64,000 bases of DNA from an uncultured SAR86 cluster bacterium (GTDB lineage Bacteria > Pseudomonadota > Gammaproteobacteria > Magnimaribacterales > D2472). This document shows positions 30,232 through 38,801 of the stretch, one piece after another. The stretch lies in the NCBI GenBank assembly GCA_902558395.1, contig CACEDS010000005.1:1770-65769 (forward strand), given 5' to 3'. Under the pieces are notes generated by a model. It did no database searches. It was not told the DNA's origin and was given only the letters and a program-made list of their open reading frames with translations. A program made the translations under genes and the position numbers. Numbering within the stretch: position 1 is the stretch's first letter; each line of letters opens with the position of its first letter.

Positions 30232-31407
30232 ATGTTAATCAATCTCTTTCAAACCGTTAGATCTTCTGGAGTACCTTGCACTCTAAGAGAACTGCTTGAT
30301 TTGTTAGGAGCCTTAGAAAAACAATTAGTTTATGCAAATATTGATGATTTTTATTATTTATCTAGAGCGATTTTGGTAAAAGATGAAAAACATTATGATA
30401 AATTTGATAAAGCTTTTGATATTTACTTTAAGGGTATTGAAAAGCTTGAGGATATATTTCAAGCATTAATTCCTGAAGATTGGTTAAGAAAGGCCTTTGA
30501 AAAGGAGTTAGATCCAGAAGAGTTAAAGAAAATTAAATCACTTGGTGGTCTGGATAAGTTACTTGAAGAATTTAAAAAAAGGTTAGAAGAACAAAAAGAA
30601 AGACATGAGGGCGGTAATAAATGGGTTGGTACCAATGGCACATCTCCATTTGGACATGGAGGTCAAAATCCTGAGGGTATAAGAGTTGGTGGAGAGGGCG
30701 GTCAAAAAAGTGCAGTTAAAGTTTGGGAACAAAGACAATATAGTAATTTAGATGACTCAATAATTATTGGCATAAGAGATATTAAGATGGCCCTAAGAAG
30801 ACTTCGAAAATTTGCCCGTCAAGGTAATGATTTGGAGCTAGATATGGATGGGACAATAAAGTCTACTGCTAAAAATGCAGGATATTTAGACATACATATG
30901 GTCCCGGAAAGATCGAATACTGTAAAAGTGTTAGTGCTTTTTGATGTTGGTGGGTCAATGGACCCATACATAAAATTATGTGAAGAGTTATTTTCTGCCA
31001 TTAAGACTGAATTTAAACATTTGGAGTATTACTATTTCCATAATTGTATTTATGAATCTGTTTGGAAAGATAACTTAAGACGTTCACAAGAACGATTTTT
31101 AGTTCAAGATATGATTAATAAATATTCTTCAGATTATAAAGTTATTGTTGTCGGAGACGCCACTATGGCGCCATACGAGATAACAAATCCTGGTGGTAGC
31201 ATTGAACATTGGAATGAAGAAGCTGGTCATGTCTGGATTAAAAGGTTGTCAGAACATTTTGATAATATGGCGTGGCTAAATCCTGTTCCTAATGATCACT
31301 GGGACTACACATCATCAGTATGCATTTTAAGAGATTTATTTGATAACAGAATGTATCCCTTAACACTAAAAGGTTTAGAAGAGGGAATGGCTGAATTATC
31401 AAAATGA
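30232..31407 (+). CDS. VWA-domain (CoxE-like) partner of MoxR
   Basis: MIDAS-like DVGGSMD, YYYFHNC, VGDATM, WLNP. Confidence 0.9.
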   Translation: MLINLFQTVRSSGVPCTLRELLDLLGALEKQLVYANIDDFYYLSRAILVKDEKHYDKFDKAFDIYFKGIEKLEDIFQALIPEDWLRKAFEKELDPEELKKIKSLGGLDKLLEEFKKRLEEQKERHEGGNKWVGTNGTSPFGHGGQNPEGIRVGGEGGQKSAVKVWEQRQYSNLDDSIIIGIRDIKMALRRLRKFARQGNDLELDMDGTIKSTAKNAGYLDIHMVPERSNTVKVLVLFDVGGSMDPYIKLCEELFSAIKTEFKHLEYYYFHNCIYESVWKDNLRRSQERFLVQDMINKYSSDYKVIVVGDATMAPYEITNPGGSIEHWNEEAGHVWIKRLSEHFDNMAWLNPVPNDHWDYTSSVCILRDLFDNRMYPLTLKGLEEGMAELSK

Positions 31408-31423
31408 TTATAGGGGAAATAAT

Positions 31424-32764
31424 ATGAATAAAAACGGAATAAAATGGGGTCCATTTACATTAAGGATTCCTTTCATACACACTAAACTTTTAACTGCAGA
31501 GTTTTTGCAAGGCTTAGTCATATCTGGAGCTACTGCGCTTGCAGCTGCGCCTGTTGGGATGGCGCTGGGATTGTCTCTAGATGAGGCGATTGCTGCTTGT
31601 TTTATAGCTAGCTTTTTAATTACCTCAAGCCCCATTATTTTTGGTGAACCAATGGCTGCCGGATGGATAACCCCAGCCTTACCATTAGTCATAGGTTTTT
31701 TTATAACAAAAGGTATGTTTAATGGAGTTTATCAAGTTGAGACTTTTCATTATATGTCTGCAATGGCAATTGAGTTCACTCTGCTTGTTTTGATTTTGGG
31801 TTTAACAGGTATTGGGAAACTAATTGTAGAAAAGGTTCCAAACGGACTAAAATCCGGAATTATTTTAGGTGCTGCTCTGGCAGCGTTCTATCAAATTTTC
31901 TTTAGTGACTTTGATAGATATATTGGTAATGCACCAGTATCTATGATCTCTGCTTTACTAATTTGTACTATTACAACTTTTTCAGAGCCTTTTAAAAGAT
32001 TAGCTCAAAATAATAAAATACTTGCTCTTATTGGATCATTAGGTTTACTGCCTGGTTTTATAGTTGCAGCAATTGTAGGTTATATTACCGGTGAAATTAG
32101 TTGGAGTATAGAATGGGGTTTGGCCGTCCCTGCAGTTGGAGATGTGTATTCTCAAACATCACCATTATCAATTGGCTTTCCACCAACTGAGATGTATTTA
32201 GAAGTATTGCCTCTGGTGATTATTGGTTATCTGTTACTTTTTGGTGATTTTGTTACAGGCATAGAAGTTATTAAAGAGGGTCAAGAAAAAAGACCAGATG
32301 AAATAATAGATATTGATATTAATAGATCTCATAACAGTGTTGGCATTAGAAATGCAATAGGAGCTATAGTTAACCCTTTTTTCCCGACTCAGGGCGCTTT
32401 ATGGACTGGTGTTCATGTAGTGATTATCGAAAGGTGGAAACAAGGAAAAGAAGCTATGGATTCATTGTTTGATGGTATCCATTCTTATTATTTAATGGGA
32501 ATTCCTTTTCTATTTTTCGTAGTTCCATTTATTGATGTTATGGAACCACTAATGATTGTAGCATTGGGAGTGACTCTCATTTTAACCGGTCTCGCATGTT
32601 CATACATTGCTATGTCACTAGCTACTAAAAACTCTGAAAAAGCAGTATCTCTCGTTACTGCAGTTTTGATTGCTTTTGGTGGAGAGTACATGTGGTTAGG
32701 AATATTGATTGGACTCATTTTAAGTTATGCACTAGTCGACAATAAAGATATAGAAAATGGCTGA
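31424..32764 (+). CDS. Polytopic inner-membrane permease (NCS2/xanthine-uracil-like, uncertain)
   Basis: About 12 hydrophobic segments; GWITPALPL, YLLLFGD. Confidence 0.55.
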   Translation: MNKNGIKWGPFTLRIPFIHTKLLTAEFLQGLVISGATALAAAPVGMALGLSLDEAIAACFIASFLITSSPIIFGEPMAAGWITPALPLVIGFFITKGMFNGVYQVETFHYMSAMAIEFTLLVLILGLTGIGKLIVEKVPNGLKSGIILGAALAAFYQIFFSDFDRYIGNAPVSMISALLICTITTFSEPFKRLAQNNKILALIGSLGLLPGFIVAAIVGYITGEISWSIEWGLAVPAVGDVYSQTSPLSIGFPPTEMYLEVLPLVIIGYLLLFGDFVTGIEVIKEGQEKRPDEIIDIDINRSHNSVGIRNAIGAIVNPFFPTQGALWTGVHVVIIERWKQGKEAMDSLFDGIHSYYLMGIPFLFFVVPFIDVMEPLMIVALGVTLILTGLACSYIAMSLATKNSEKAVSLVTAVLIAFGGEYMWLGILIGLILSYALVDNKDIENG

Positions 32765-33680
32765 ATTTGCACTAGAGATCAATAACTTACAAAAAGTATA
32801 TGACAATAATGTTGTTGCTTTAAAAGGTATTGATTTAAAAGTTCAAAAAGGAGATTTTTATGCTTTGCTGGGTCCCAATGGAGCTGGCAAGTCTTCGACC
32901 ATTGGAATAATAGGATCACTTGTTACAAAGACTGCTGGAAATGTCTCAGTTTTTGGTAATGATATAGATATTGATTTAAATAAAGCAAAATCAATGCTGG
33001 GGGTTGTATCTCAGGAAATTAATTTCTCTCAATTTGAAAAAGTTTTAGATATAGTAGTAACCCAAGCTGGGTTCTATGGAATACCTAAGTCCATAGCAAT
33101 GCCTAAAGTTGAAAATATTCTTAAAAGATTAAGCTTATGGGATAAGCGAAATGATCAAGCTCGAACCTTATCAGGCGGTTATAAAAGAAGGTTAATGATT
33201 GCAAAAGCACTAATTCATGAGCCGCAACTTTTGATTTTAGATGAACCAACAGCAGGTGTTGATATTGAGTTAAGAAGAGAAATGTGGTCATTTTTAAAAG
33301 AAATAAATAAAAACGGAACAACTATTATTTTAACCACACACTATCTTGAAGAGGCTGAACAATTGTGTAGAAATATAGGCATCATAGATAAAGGTACCAT
33401 AGTAGCAAATACCAGTATGAAGGATTTGTTAGGAACGCTTAATGTGCAAGGTTTCGTTTTTGATCTAGATCAACCGCTTAAAGAGGTACCAGTAATTGAG
33501 GGCTTTCCATTAAAGTTAGAAGACCCTTTGACTCTTGTCGCTGCTGTTAATAAAGATAGATCAATTAATGCTCTTTTTTCTGAGCTAACAAAATTAAATA
33601 TAAAAATAAAATCAATGAGAAACGAAGCAAATAGACTCGAAGAGCTATTTATAGAAATGGTTAATGCTAATGAAAACTAA
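32757..33680 (+). CDS. yadG: ABC-2 type ATPase (YadG-like)
   Basis: GPNGAGKS, LSGGYKRRLMIAKAL, DEPTAGVDIELRR. Confidence 0.88.
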   Translation: MAEFALEINNLQKVYDNNVVALKGIDLKVQKGDFYALLGPNGAGKSSTIGIIGSLVTKTAGNVSVFGNDIDIDLNKAKSMLGVVSQEINFSQFEKVLDIVVTQAGFYGIPKSIAMPKVENILKRLSLWDKRNDQARTLSGGYKRRLMIAKALIHEPQLLILDEPTAGVDIELRREMWSFLKEINKNGTTIILTTHYLEEAEQLCRNIGIIDKGTIVANTSMKDLLGTLNVQGFVFDLDQPLKEVPVIEGFPLKLEDPLTLVAAVNKDRSINALFSELTKLNIKIKSMRNEANRLEELFIEMVNANEN

Positions 33681-34449
33681 TTTTAATGTATCAGTTTCTC
33701 TTTGGACTTTAACCGTTAAAGAGGTGAGAAGGTTCTTAAGAATATGGGTTCAAACCCTTGTTCCTCCTGCGGTTACCATGTCTTTATATTTTGTAATATT
33801 TGGTTCACTTATTGGTCCAAGAATTGGTTCAATGGATGGCTTTGATTATATTCAGTATATGATCCCAGGTTTAATAATGCTTTCAGTTATTACAAACTCA
33901 TACAATAATGTAGTTTCGTCTTTTTACTCAGTTAAGTTTCAAAAATCAATTGAGGAGCTATTAATTTCACCAATGCCTAATTGGGCCATTCTTTTAGGAT
34001 TTGTTTTAGGGGGTGTGTGTAGAGGTGTGTTAATTGGAATAATTGTATTTGGTGTAAGCTTATTATTTTATCCAGATTTCACAGTTGCTAATCCTGTGCT
34101 AACAGTAACAGTATTATTTTTAACATCTATATTATTTTCATTGATGGGATTTATTAACGCTGTCTTTGCAGATAGCTTTGATGATATTTCCATTATTCCA
34201 ACTTTTATTCTGACACCTTTGATTTATTTGGGCGGTGTTTTCTATTCAATCAATATTCTTCCTGATGTTTGGAGGTCTATCTCTATGGCAAATCCAATGC
34301 TTTATGTTGTTAATACATTTAGAGAAGGGATGTTAGGTGTGAGTGATGTATCCATCTCTTTTTCTCTTGGAATGATTGTAATATTTATATGTGTTTTAAC
34401 AGGGGCATGTTTATATTTTCTTAAAAAGGGAACAGGTATAAGGCAATGA
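33670..34449 (+). CDS. yadH: ABC-2 permease (YadH-like)
   Basis: KEVRRFLRIWVQTLVPP, SVITNSY.NVVSSF, PLIYLGGVFYS. Confidence 0.9.
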   Translation: MKTNFNVSVSLWTLTVKEVRRFLRIWVQTLVPPAVTMSLYFVIFGSLIGPRIGSMDGFDYIQYMIPGLIMLSVITNSYNNVVSSFYSVKFQKSIEELLISPMPNWAILLGFVLGGVCRGVLIGIIVFGVSLLFYPDFTVANPVLTVTVLFLTSILFSLMGFINAVFADSFDDISIIPTFILTPLIYLGGVFYSINILPDVWRSISMANPMLYVVNTFREGMLGVSDVSISFSLGMIVIFICVLTGACLYFLKKGTGIRQ

Positions 34450-35165
34450 AAACCAAACATCTAGGAAAAAATAATTCTAAGCCAGCCATTGGATATAAGA
34501 TTCTTGATCCAATTGAAAGAATTAGGAGTTCAGAAAGTTTTGGTTATGATTTTTGGAATGCATATGAATTTAGTTATTTAGATGTTAATAAACAACCAAC
34601 GTTAAAAGTCTTAGAGATAAAGATACCCGCATCATCTAAATTTATTATAGAGTCGAAATCTCTCAAACTTTACTTAAATTCTTTTTATAAAAAAACTTTT
34701 CTAAGTGATAGACATGTTCTAACAAAAATTGCAAAAGATCTTTCTAAAGTGTCTTCATCTAGAATCGAATTAAAATTTGTAAAAAAATTTCAAGTCGAAC
34801 CTAGCTCCTTAAATTTAAATACTACAACAAGAAAATATACAAAAAAAAATCATCCAGTTTGTTTTGATGGCTTTCGCTCAATTTGTCCTGTTACCTCTCA
34901 ACCAGATTTTGCAAAAATTTATATTTTGACTCCTGCAAAAATTGAAACTAAATGGCTTAGAAAATTATTATCATCATTTAAAGAGAGCGGTGAATTCCAT
35001 GAGCAATGTATTGAAAATATTTTTTCTAAATTGAGTAAAAATTTTCCTAATGAAAATATTGAAGTTTGTGGTAGATTTTTAAGAAGGGGTGGCATAGATA
35101 TTAATCCAATAAGATCTTCAAAAAAGACTTTATTTTTTAAAAATTTCAGAGCATTCAATCAATAA
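34446..35165 (+). CDS. queF: NADPH-dependent preQ0 reductase (long form)
   Basis: WNAYEFS, ESKSLKLYLNS, catalytic RSICPVTSQPD, FHEQC, RRGGIDINP. Confidence 0.88.
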   Translation: MKTKHLGKNNSKPAIGYKILDPIERIRSSESFGYDFWNAYEFSYLDVNKQPTLKVLEIKIPASSKFIIESKSLKLYLNSFYKKTFLSDRHVLTKIAKDLSKVSSSRIELKFVKKFQVEPSSLNLNTTTRKYTKKNHPVCFDGFRSICPVTSQPDFAKIYILTPAKIETKWLRKLLSSFKESGEFHEQCIENIFSKLSKNFPNENIEVCGRFLRRGGIDINPIRSSKKTLFFKNFRAFNQ

Positions 35166-35198
35166 AATTCATTTCAAAGTATTGTAGAATGCGTTTTC

Positions 35199-35288
35199 GG
35201 AGAGATGGCAGAGTGGTCGATTGCGCTACCTTGGAAAGGTAGTAACTGGGCAACTGGTTCCGGGGTTCGAATCCCCGTCTCTCCGCCA
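35199..35288 (+). tRNA. tRNA-Ser(GGA)
   Basis: GGAGAGA/TCTCTCC acceptor, anticodon arm CTACC-TTGGAAA-GGTAG, long variable arm, GTTCGAATC, encoded CCA. Confidence 0.97.
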
Positions 35289-35337
35289 TTTTAAATTAAT
35301 AGTTGTATATGGCTGAGATGACTTATATGATTCAAGG

Positions 35338-35922
35338 ATGAACAGCTTTAAGCTACAAAATTTTTTAGCAATTTCTATAACTGTTTACTTTATAACTATT
35401 TTTGTATTTTCTTTTTGGTCAGGTCTTACACAACAGTCACCTCAAGCCTGGATCGGAAGTCTTGCATATTTACCACATGGCTGTAAGGTCATGTTTATTT
35501 GTTTTTTTAGATACAAAGCTGTACCAGCATTATTTTTAGCTGAATTTACTGGGCAATTATTAGAATGGCCAAATACCGATATGACTTACATGTATGCAGG
35601 ATCAATTACATCAATCTTATGCGTTCTTTTGGCTGCAGAGTTAATAAAATGGACCCAAATAGCTAGCTTTAAACCATCTGATATCTTTCTGGAAGTTAAT
35701 TTTAATAATTATAAATATATAGTATTTGTTATAATTCTATCAGCGCTCTTTAATTCAATATTTACCAATCTTGTCCTATCACAACTTAATCAAATTCCAA
35801 TTAATGTTGCAGTTATAGCAAGGTTTTATGCAGGTGATATTATTGGTTCATTATTATTTATATTGTTTGCAGTAATAGCTTTTAAATTACAGACGAAATT
35901 AATGCTAACTCAAAAAAATTAA
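35338..35922 (+). CDS. MASE1-like integral membrane protein, paralog 1
   Basis: About 5-6 TM segments; YLPHG and GDIIGS motifs resemble the MASE1 P..G and GD..G motifs; no output domain. Confidence 0.55.
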   Translation: MNSFKLQNFLAISITVYFITIFVFSFWSGLTQQSPQAWIGSLAYLPHGCKVMFICFFRYKAVPALFLAEFTGQLLEWPNTDMTYMYAGSITSILCVLLAAELIKWTQIASFKPSDIFLEVNFNNYKYIVFVIILSALFNSIFTNLVLSQLNQIPINVAVIARFYAGDIIGSLLFILFAVIAFKLQTKLMLTQKN

Positions 35923-35973
35923 TAAAATTAGATTACTGTTGTTAATAAATCTCATCAGTTATATATTATGTGT

Positions 35974-36267
35974 ATGAGTAAAACATATATTGAACAACTA
36001 GCTAATCTTCTTCAGATGTTACAAAATCTTGATCGAGATCTAAACCTTGTTTCATTCAATGAAACTGAGAAAAAAATTTACTATACCATTGCCTATGAAG
36101 TACATAACAAGGGTAAATGTAATATTTCTGATGTAATTGAATCATCAGGTTTTTCGCGTTCTACAGTCTACAAAGCCATTAAAGCTTTTGAAGATAAAAA
36201 AATGGTCAGATTAATACAGTCACATACAGATAGAAGAGAGGTTTTTTTAGATTTAATTACAGCTTAA
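35974..36267 (+). CDS. MarR-like winged-helix DNA-binding protein
   Basis: NISDVIESSGFSRSTVYKAIKAF HTH and SHTDRREVFL wing; promoter spacing favours ATG 35974. Confidence 0.8.
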   Translation: MSKTYIEQLANLLQMLQNLDRDLNLVSFNETEKKIYYTIAYEVHNKGKCNISDVIESSGFSRSTVYKAIKAFEDKKMVRLIQSHTDRREVFLDLITA

Positions 36268-36290
36268 TTTTTTCAAAAAACTTTTAATAA

Positions 36291-36866
36291 ATGAAATATT
36301 TTATTCAAGTCTCTTTAATTACCTATATAGCATCAATGCTTGTTTACACTCTATGGTCATCTATTACTTTTGCTACCTTAGACAAAGGGTGGATTGGTAG
36401 CTTAGTTTATTTACCACATGGTTGTAGAGTTATATTTTATTGTTTCTTTGGTGCTCGATCCTTGCCAGCACTTTATGCAGCAGAAATAACTGGGCCAACT
36501 CTTGTTTGGGGTGATCAATATTTAGACTACTGGACTTTTGCAAGCATATCTTCCTTGCTATCAGTAGTAGTTGCTGTTGAAATTGTAAAGTGGTCTAGAG
36601 TTTCTACTTTCAATTACAACATTCTTAAAAAGGTTAATTTTGCTAATTATAAATTCCTTATTTTTGTAATTATTATATCTGCTTTATTTAATTCAATATT
36701 TACTAACTTAGTTCTTTCAATCATCAATGGAGTAAATATTGGTGTTGAAGTAATTGCAAGATTCTTTATTGGCGATATGCTTGGCTCGACTGTTTTCATA
36801 ATTTTTTTAATTATTTTATTTAATTTACTGCAACAAAGAAGACTCTATAAAGTTCACGAAGACTAA
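36291..36866 (+). CDS. MASE1-like integral membrane protein, paralog 2
   Basis: Shares WIGSLxYLPHGC, SALFNSIFTNLVLS and VIARF..GD..GS with 35338..35922. Confidence 0.55.
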   Translation: MKYFIQVSLITYIASMLVYTLWSSITFATLDKGWIGSLVYLPHGCRVIFYCFFGARSLPALYAAEITGPTLVWGDQYLDYWTFASISSLLSVVVAVEIVKWSRVSTFNYNILKKVNFANYKFLIFVIIISALFNSIFTNLVLSIINGVNIGVEVIARFFIGDMLGSTVFIIFLIILFNLLQQRRLYKVHED

Positions 36867-36875
36867 ATTGTTGTA

Positions 36876-36895
36876 TACTGTATATTTATACAGTA
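36876..36895. promoter_or_regulatory. LexA (SOS) box within a sigma70 promoter
   Basis: TACTGTATATTTATACAGTA (CTGT-N8-ACAG) lies between -35 TTGTAT (36871) and -10 TATAAT (36894); 17-bp spacer. Confidence 0.88.
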
Positions 36896-36905
36896 TAATT
36901 TCATT

Positions 36906-37118
36906 ATGAATAACGTAGTAAAATTAAACAACCTTGATCCTATTGTTGAAAGATACTTATCATCAGTAGATAAATCATCAATTAAAAAGACTTTAGCATT
37001 TGAATATTTTAATAATGATGTTAATGAACTTGATAAATTCATTAGTAGTCAAATCAATAATAAAGTCCTTACATCAGATCCTATTGAACCTAAGGCTCAA
37101 ATGGAATTTTCATTCTAA
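36906..37118 (+). CDS. Orphan 70-aa protein, predicted SOS-inducible, with C-terminal beta-clamp-type motif QMEFSF
   Basis: ORF track; dedicated promoter with LexA box; no recognisable family. Confidence 0.75.
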   Translation: MNNVVKLNNLDPIVERYLSSVDKSSIKKTLAFEYFNNDVNELDKFISSQINNKVLTSDPIEPKAQMEFSF

Positions 37119-37173
37119 TTTTTTATAAAAAAAAATTTCTTTATTTAGGTTTTTTTCTGTATATAATTTAAGA

Positions 37174-37389
37174 GGGTGTCTTGTTAAGTGGTTTTTTAAG
37201 GGGACTGTTTAGCATTTTTATTATTACCCTGAACATGGAGGTGGTCCTATTAGTATTTATTTAATAACAGGAAACGGAGGATTCACCTTTTGACACGAGG
37301 TAATCTGTAAGTTTTCGACTAGTTCTAAATTGCAGTCGCAATTAAACTAGATTTTTTTATAACCCCCAAGTTTTCTTGGGGGTTTTTTT
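37174..37389 (+). ncRNA. Candidate small RNA (or sORF-bearing RNA) with SD-like/GGA motifs
   Basis: TATAAT at 37162; GC-richer than other spacers; hairpin 37319-37350; intrinsic terminator; no ORF of 60 aa or more on the + strand. Confidence 0.5.
37361..37389 (+). terminator. Rho-independent terminator
   Basis: AACCCCCAAG-TTTT-CTTGGGGGTT followed by a T run. Confidence 0.9.
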
Positions 37390-37400
37390 ATCTTTTTAAT

Positions 37401-38282
37401 ATGGAAATAAGGTACTGGATACTATTAACTTTTTTAGGTGCTCTTTGGGGAAGCGCTTTTATGTTTATTAAAGTTGCCACACCAGAGTTTGGACCTGTTG
37501 CTTTAGTTAACACAAGATTAATTATTGCTTCATTAATTTTCTTACCCATTCTTTTAAGAAATAAATACATTCATCTACTAAAACCAATATGGAAACAAGT
37601 TTTGGTATTAGCAGTAATGAATAACGCTATTCCTTTTACATTATTTTCATATGCAAGTTTTGGTGCTGACTCAAATATATTAGCCATATTAAATGCAACT
37701 ACTGCATTTAATACCATGATGATTGCTTATCTATGGATAGGTGAGAATGTTACTTTAAAACAATTATGTGGTTTAGTAATTGGTTTTATTGGTGTGTTCA
37801 TTCTTGTAAATCCGCAAAATTCTAATACTACTTTAATTTCAAGCTTGTCTGCTTTACTGGCTGCTTTTTTCTATTCGTTTTCTACAGTTTATATACAAAA
37901 AAATTCTGTTAACGCTAATAAAATGGTATTGATAGGGTGGTCGATTATATTTAGTGCTGTAATTATGTTACCTGTAACTATTTTTTACCTTCCAGAATCA
38001 ATACCTTCAGCAGCTGCCATCTCATCTGCTATTTGGCTTGGTGCTATTTCAACCGGTTTGGGCTTCATTGGGTACGTAAGATTAATTGATAAAATTGGTG
38101 CTGTAAAAACTTCAACTGTTGCTTACTTTCTTCCTGTCTTTGGTATTATCTGGGGAGCTATATTTTTAGATGAACTTATAACTTCAACTATTGTCATTGG
38201 ATGTTTTGTCGTCCTTATTGGAATTTATCTTTCTAATTCAAATAAAAAAGGGTATGTTAATTCTGTAAATACTAAAGCTTAG
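37401..38282 (+). CDS. DMT/EamA family transporter
   Basis: LWGSAFMFIK, NNAIPFTL, YFLPVFGIIWG; about 10 TM. Confidence 0.9.
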   Translation: MEIRYWILLTFLGALWGSAFMFIKVATPEFGPVALVNTRLIIASLIFLPILLRNKYIHLLKPIWKQVLVLAVMNNAIPFTLFSYASFGADSNILAILNATTAFNTMMIAYLWIGENVTLKQLCGLVIGFIGVFILVNPQNSNTTLISSLSALLAAFFYSFSTVYIQKNSVNANKMVLIGWSIIFSAVIMLPVTIFYLPESIPSAAAISSAIWLGAISTGLGFIGYVRLIDKIGAVKTSTVAYFLPVFGIIWGAIFLDELITSTIVIGCFVVLIGIYLSNSNKKGYVNSVNTKA

Positions 38283-38284
38283 TT

Positions 38285-38671
38285 ATGAACGAAACTGATA
38301 TTCAAAAATTACTCCAAGAAGCCAATGACCATGTTCCAAGACTGTCTTTTGAAGAAGCAAATAATATTATCTCTACAGTGGATACTTTAATAATAGATGT
38401 TCGAGAGACCTCTGAGATAGAAGCAACAGGGTTGATTAAAAATGCAGTTAATATACCCAAAAGCATAATTGATGCTAATTTTGATCATTCATTAATAAAG
38501 AATCATCTAAATAACAATGAGGATGTAACTATTTTGGTTTACTGTGCAGTAGGGGTAAGATCAGCCCTTGTTGGACATAAGCTAATTAAAAATGGTTATA
38601 AAAAAGTTCTAAACCTTGGTGGTTTTTCAGAATGGACTTCACTCAACGGCCCAATAGAACCTATCAATTAA
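38285..38671 (+). CDS. Single-domain rhodanese
   Basis: IDVRETSE, active site YCAVGVRS, NLGGFSEW. Confidence 0.9.
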   Translation: MNETDIQKLLQEANDHVPRLSFEEANNIISTVDTLIIDVRETSEIEATGLIKNAVNIPKSIIDANFDHSLIKNHLNNNEDVTILVYCAVGVRSALVGHKLIKNGYKKVLNLGGFSEWTSLNGPIEPIN

Positions 38672-38708
38672 AAAACTATACATATTTATATATATTTCTA
38701 ATAAATAC

Positions 38709-38747
38709 TGAACTTAAAAATCCCTATATATGAACGTTTTTATCCCT
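38709..38747 (+). promoter_or_regulatory. Tandem direct repeat TGA-N8-ATCCCT (22-bp period) upstream of the TBDR
   Basis: TGAACTTAAAAATCCCT and TGAACGTTTTTATCCCT. Confidence 0.55.
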
Positions 38748-38801
38748 TAGAAAAGGCTCATTAATGATAACTTAAGAATGTTAATCATTAGGGGGAATAT
38801 A

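Noticed and set aside
29380-31407. MoxR plus CoxE-like VWA pair as evidence for CO oxidation
   Set aside because: There are no coxLMS genes here; this MoxR/VWA pair is a widespread generic chaperone module.
37157-37172. CTGTATATAATTTAAG as a second LexA box upstream of the candidate sRNA
   Set aside because: The right half-site lacks the invariant CAG; only a half-site match.
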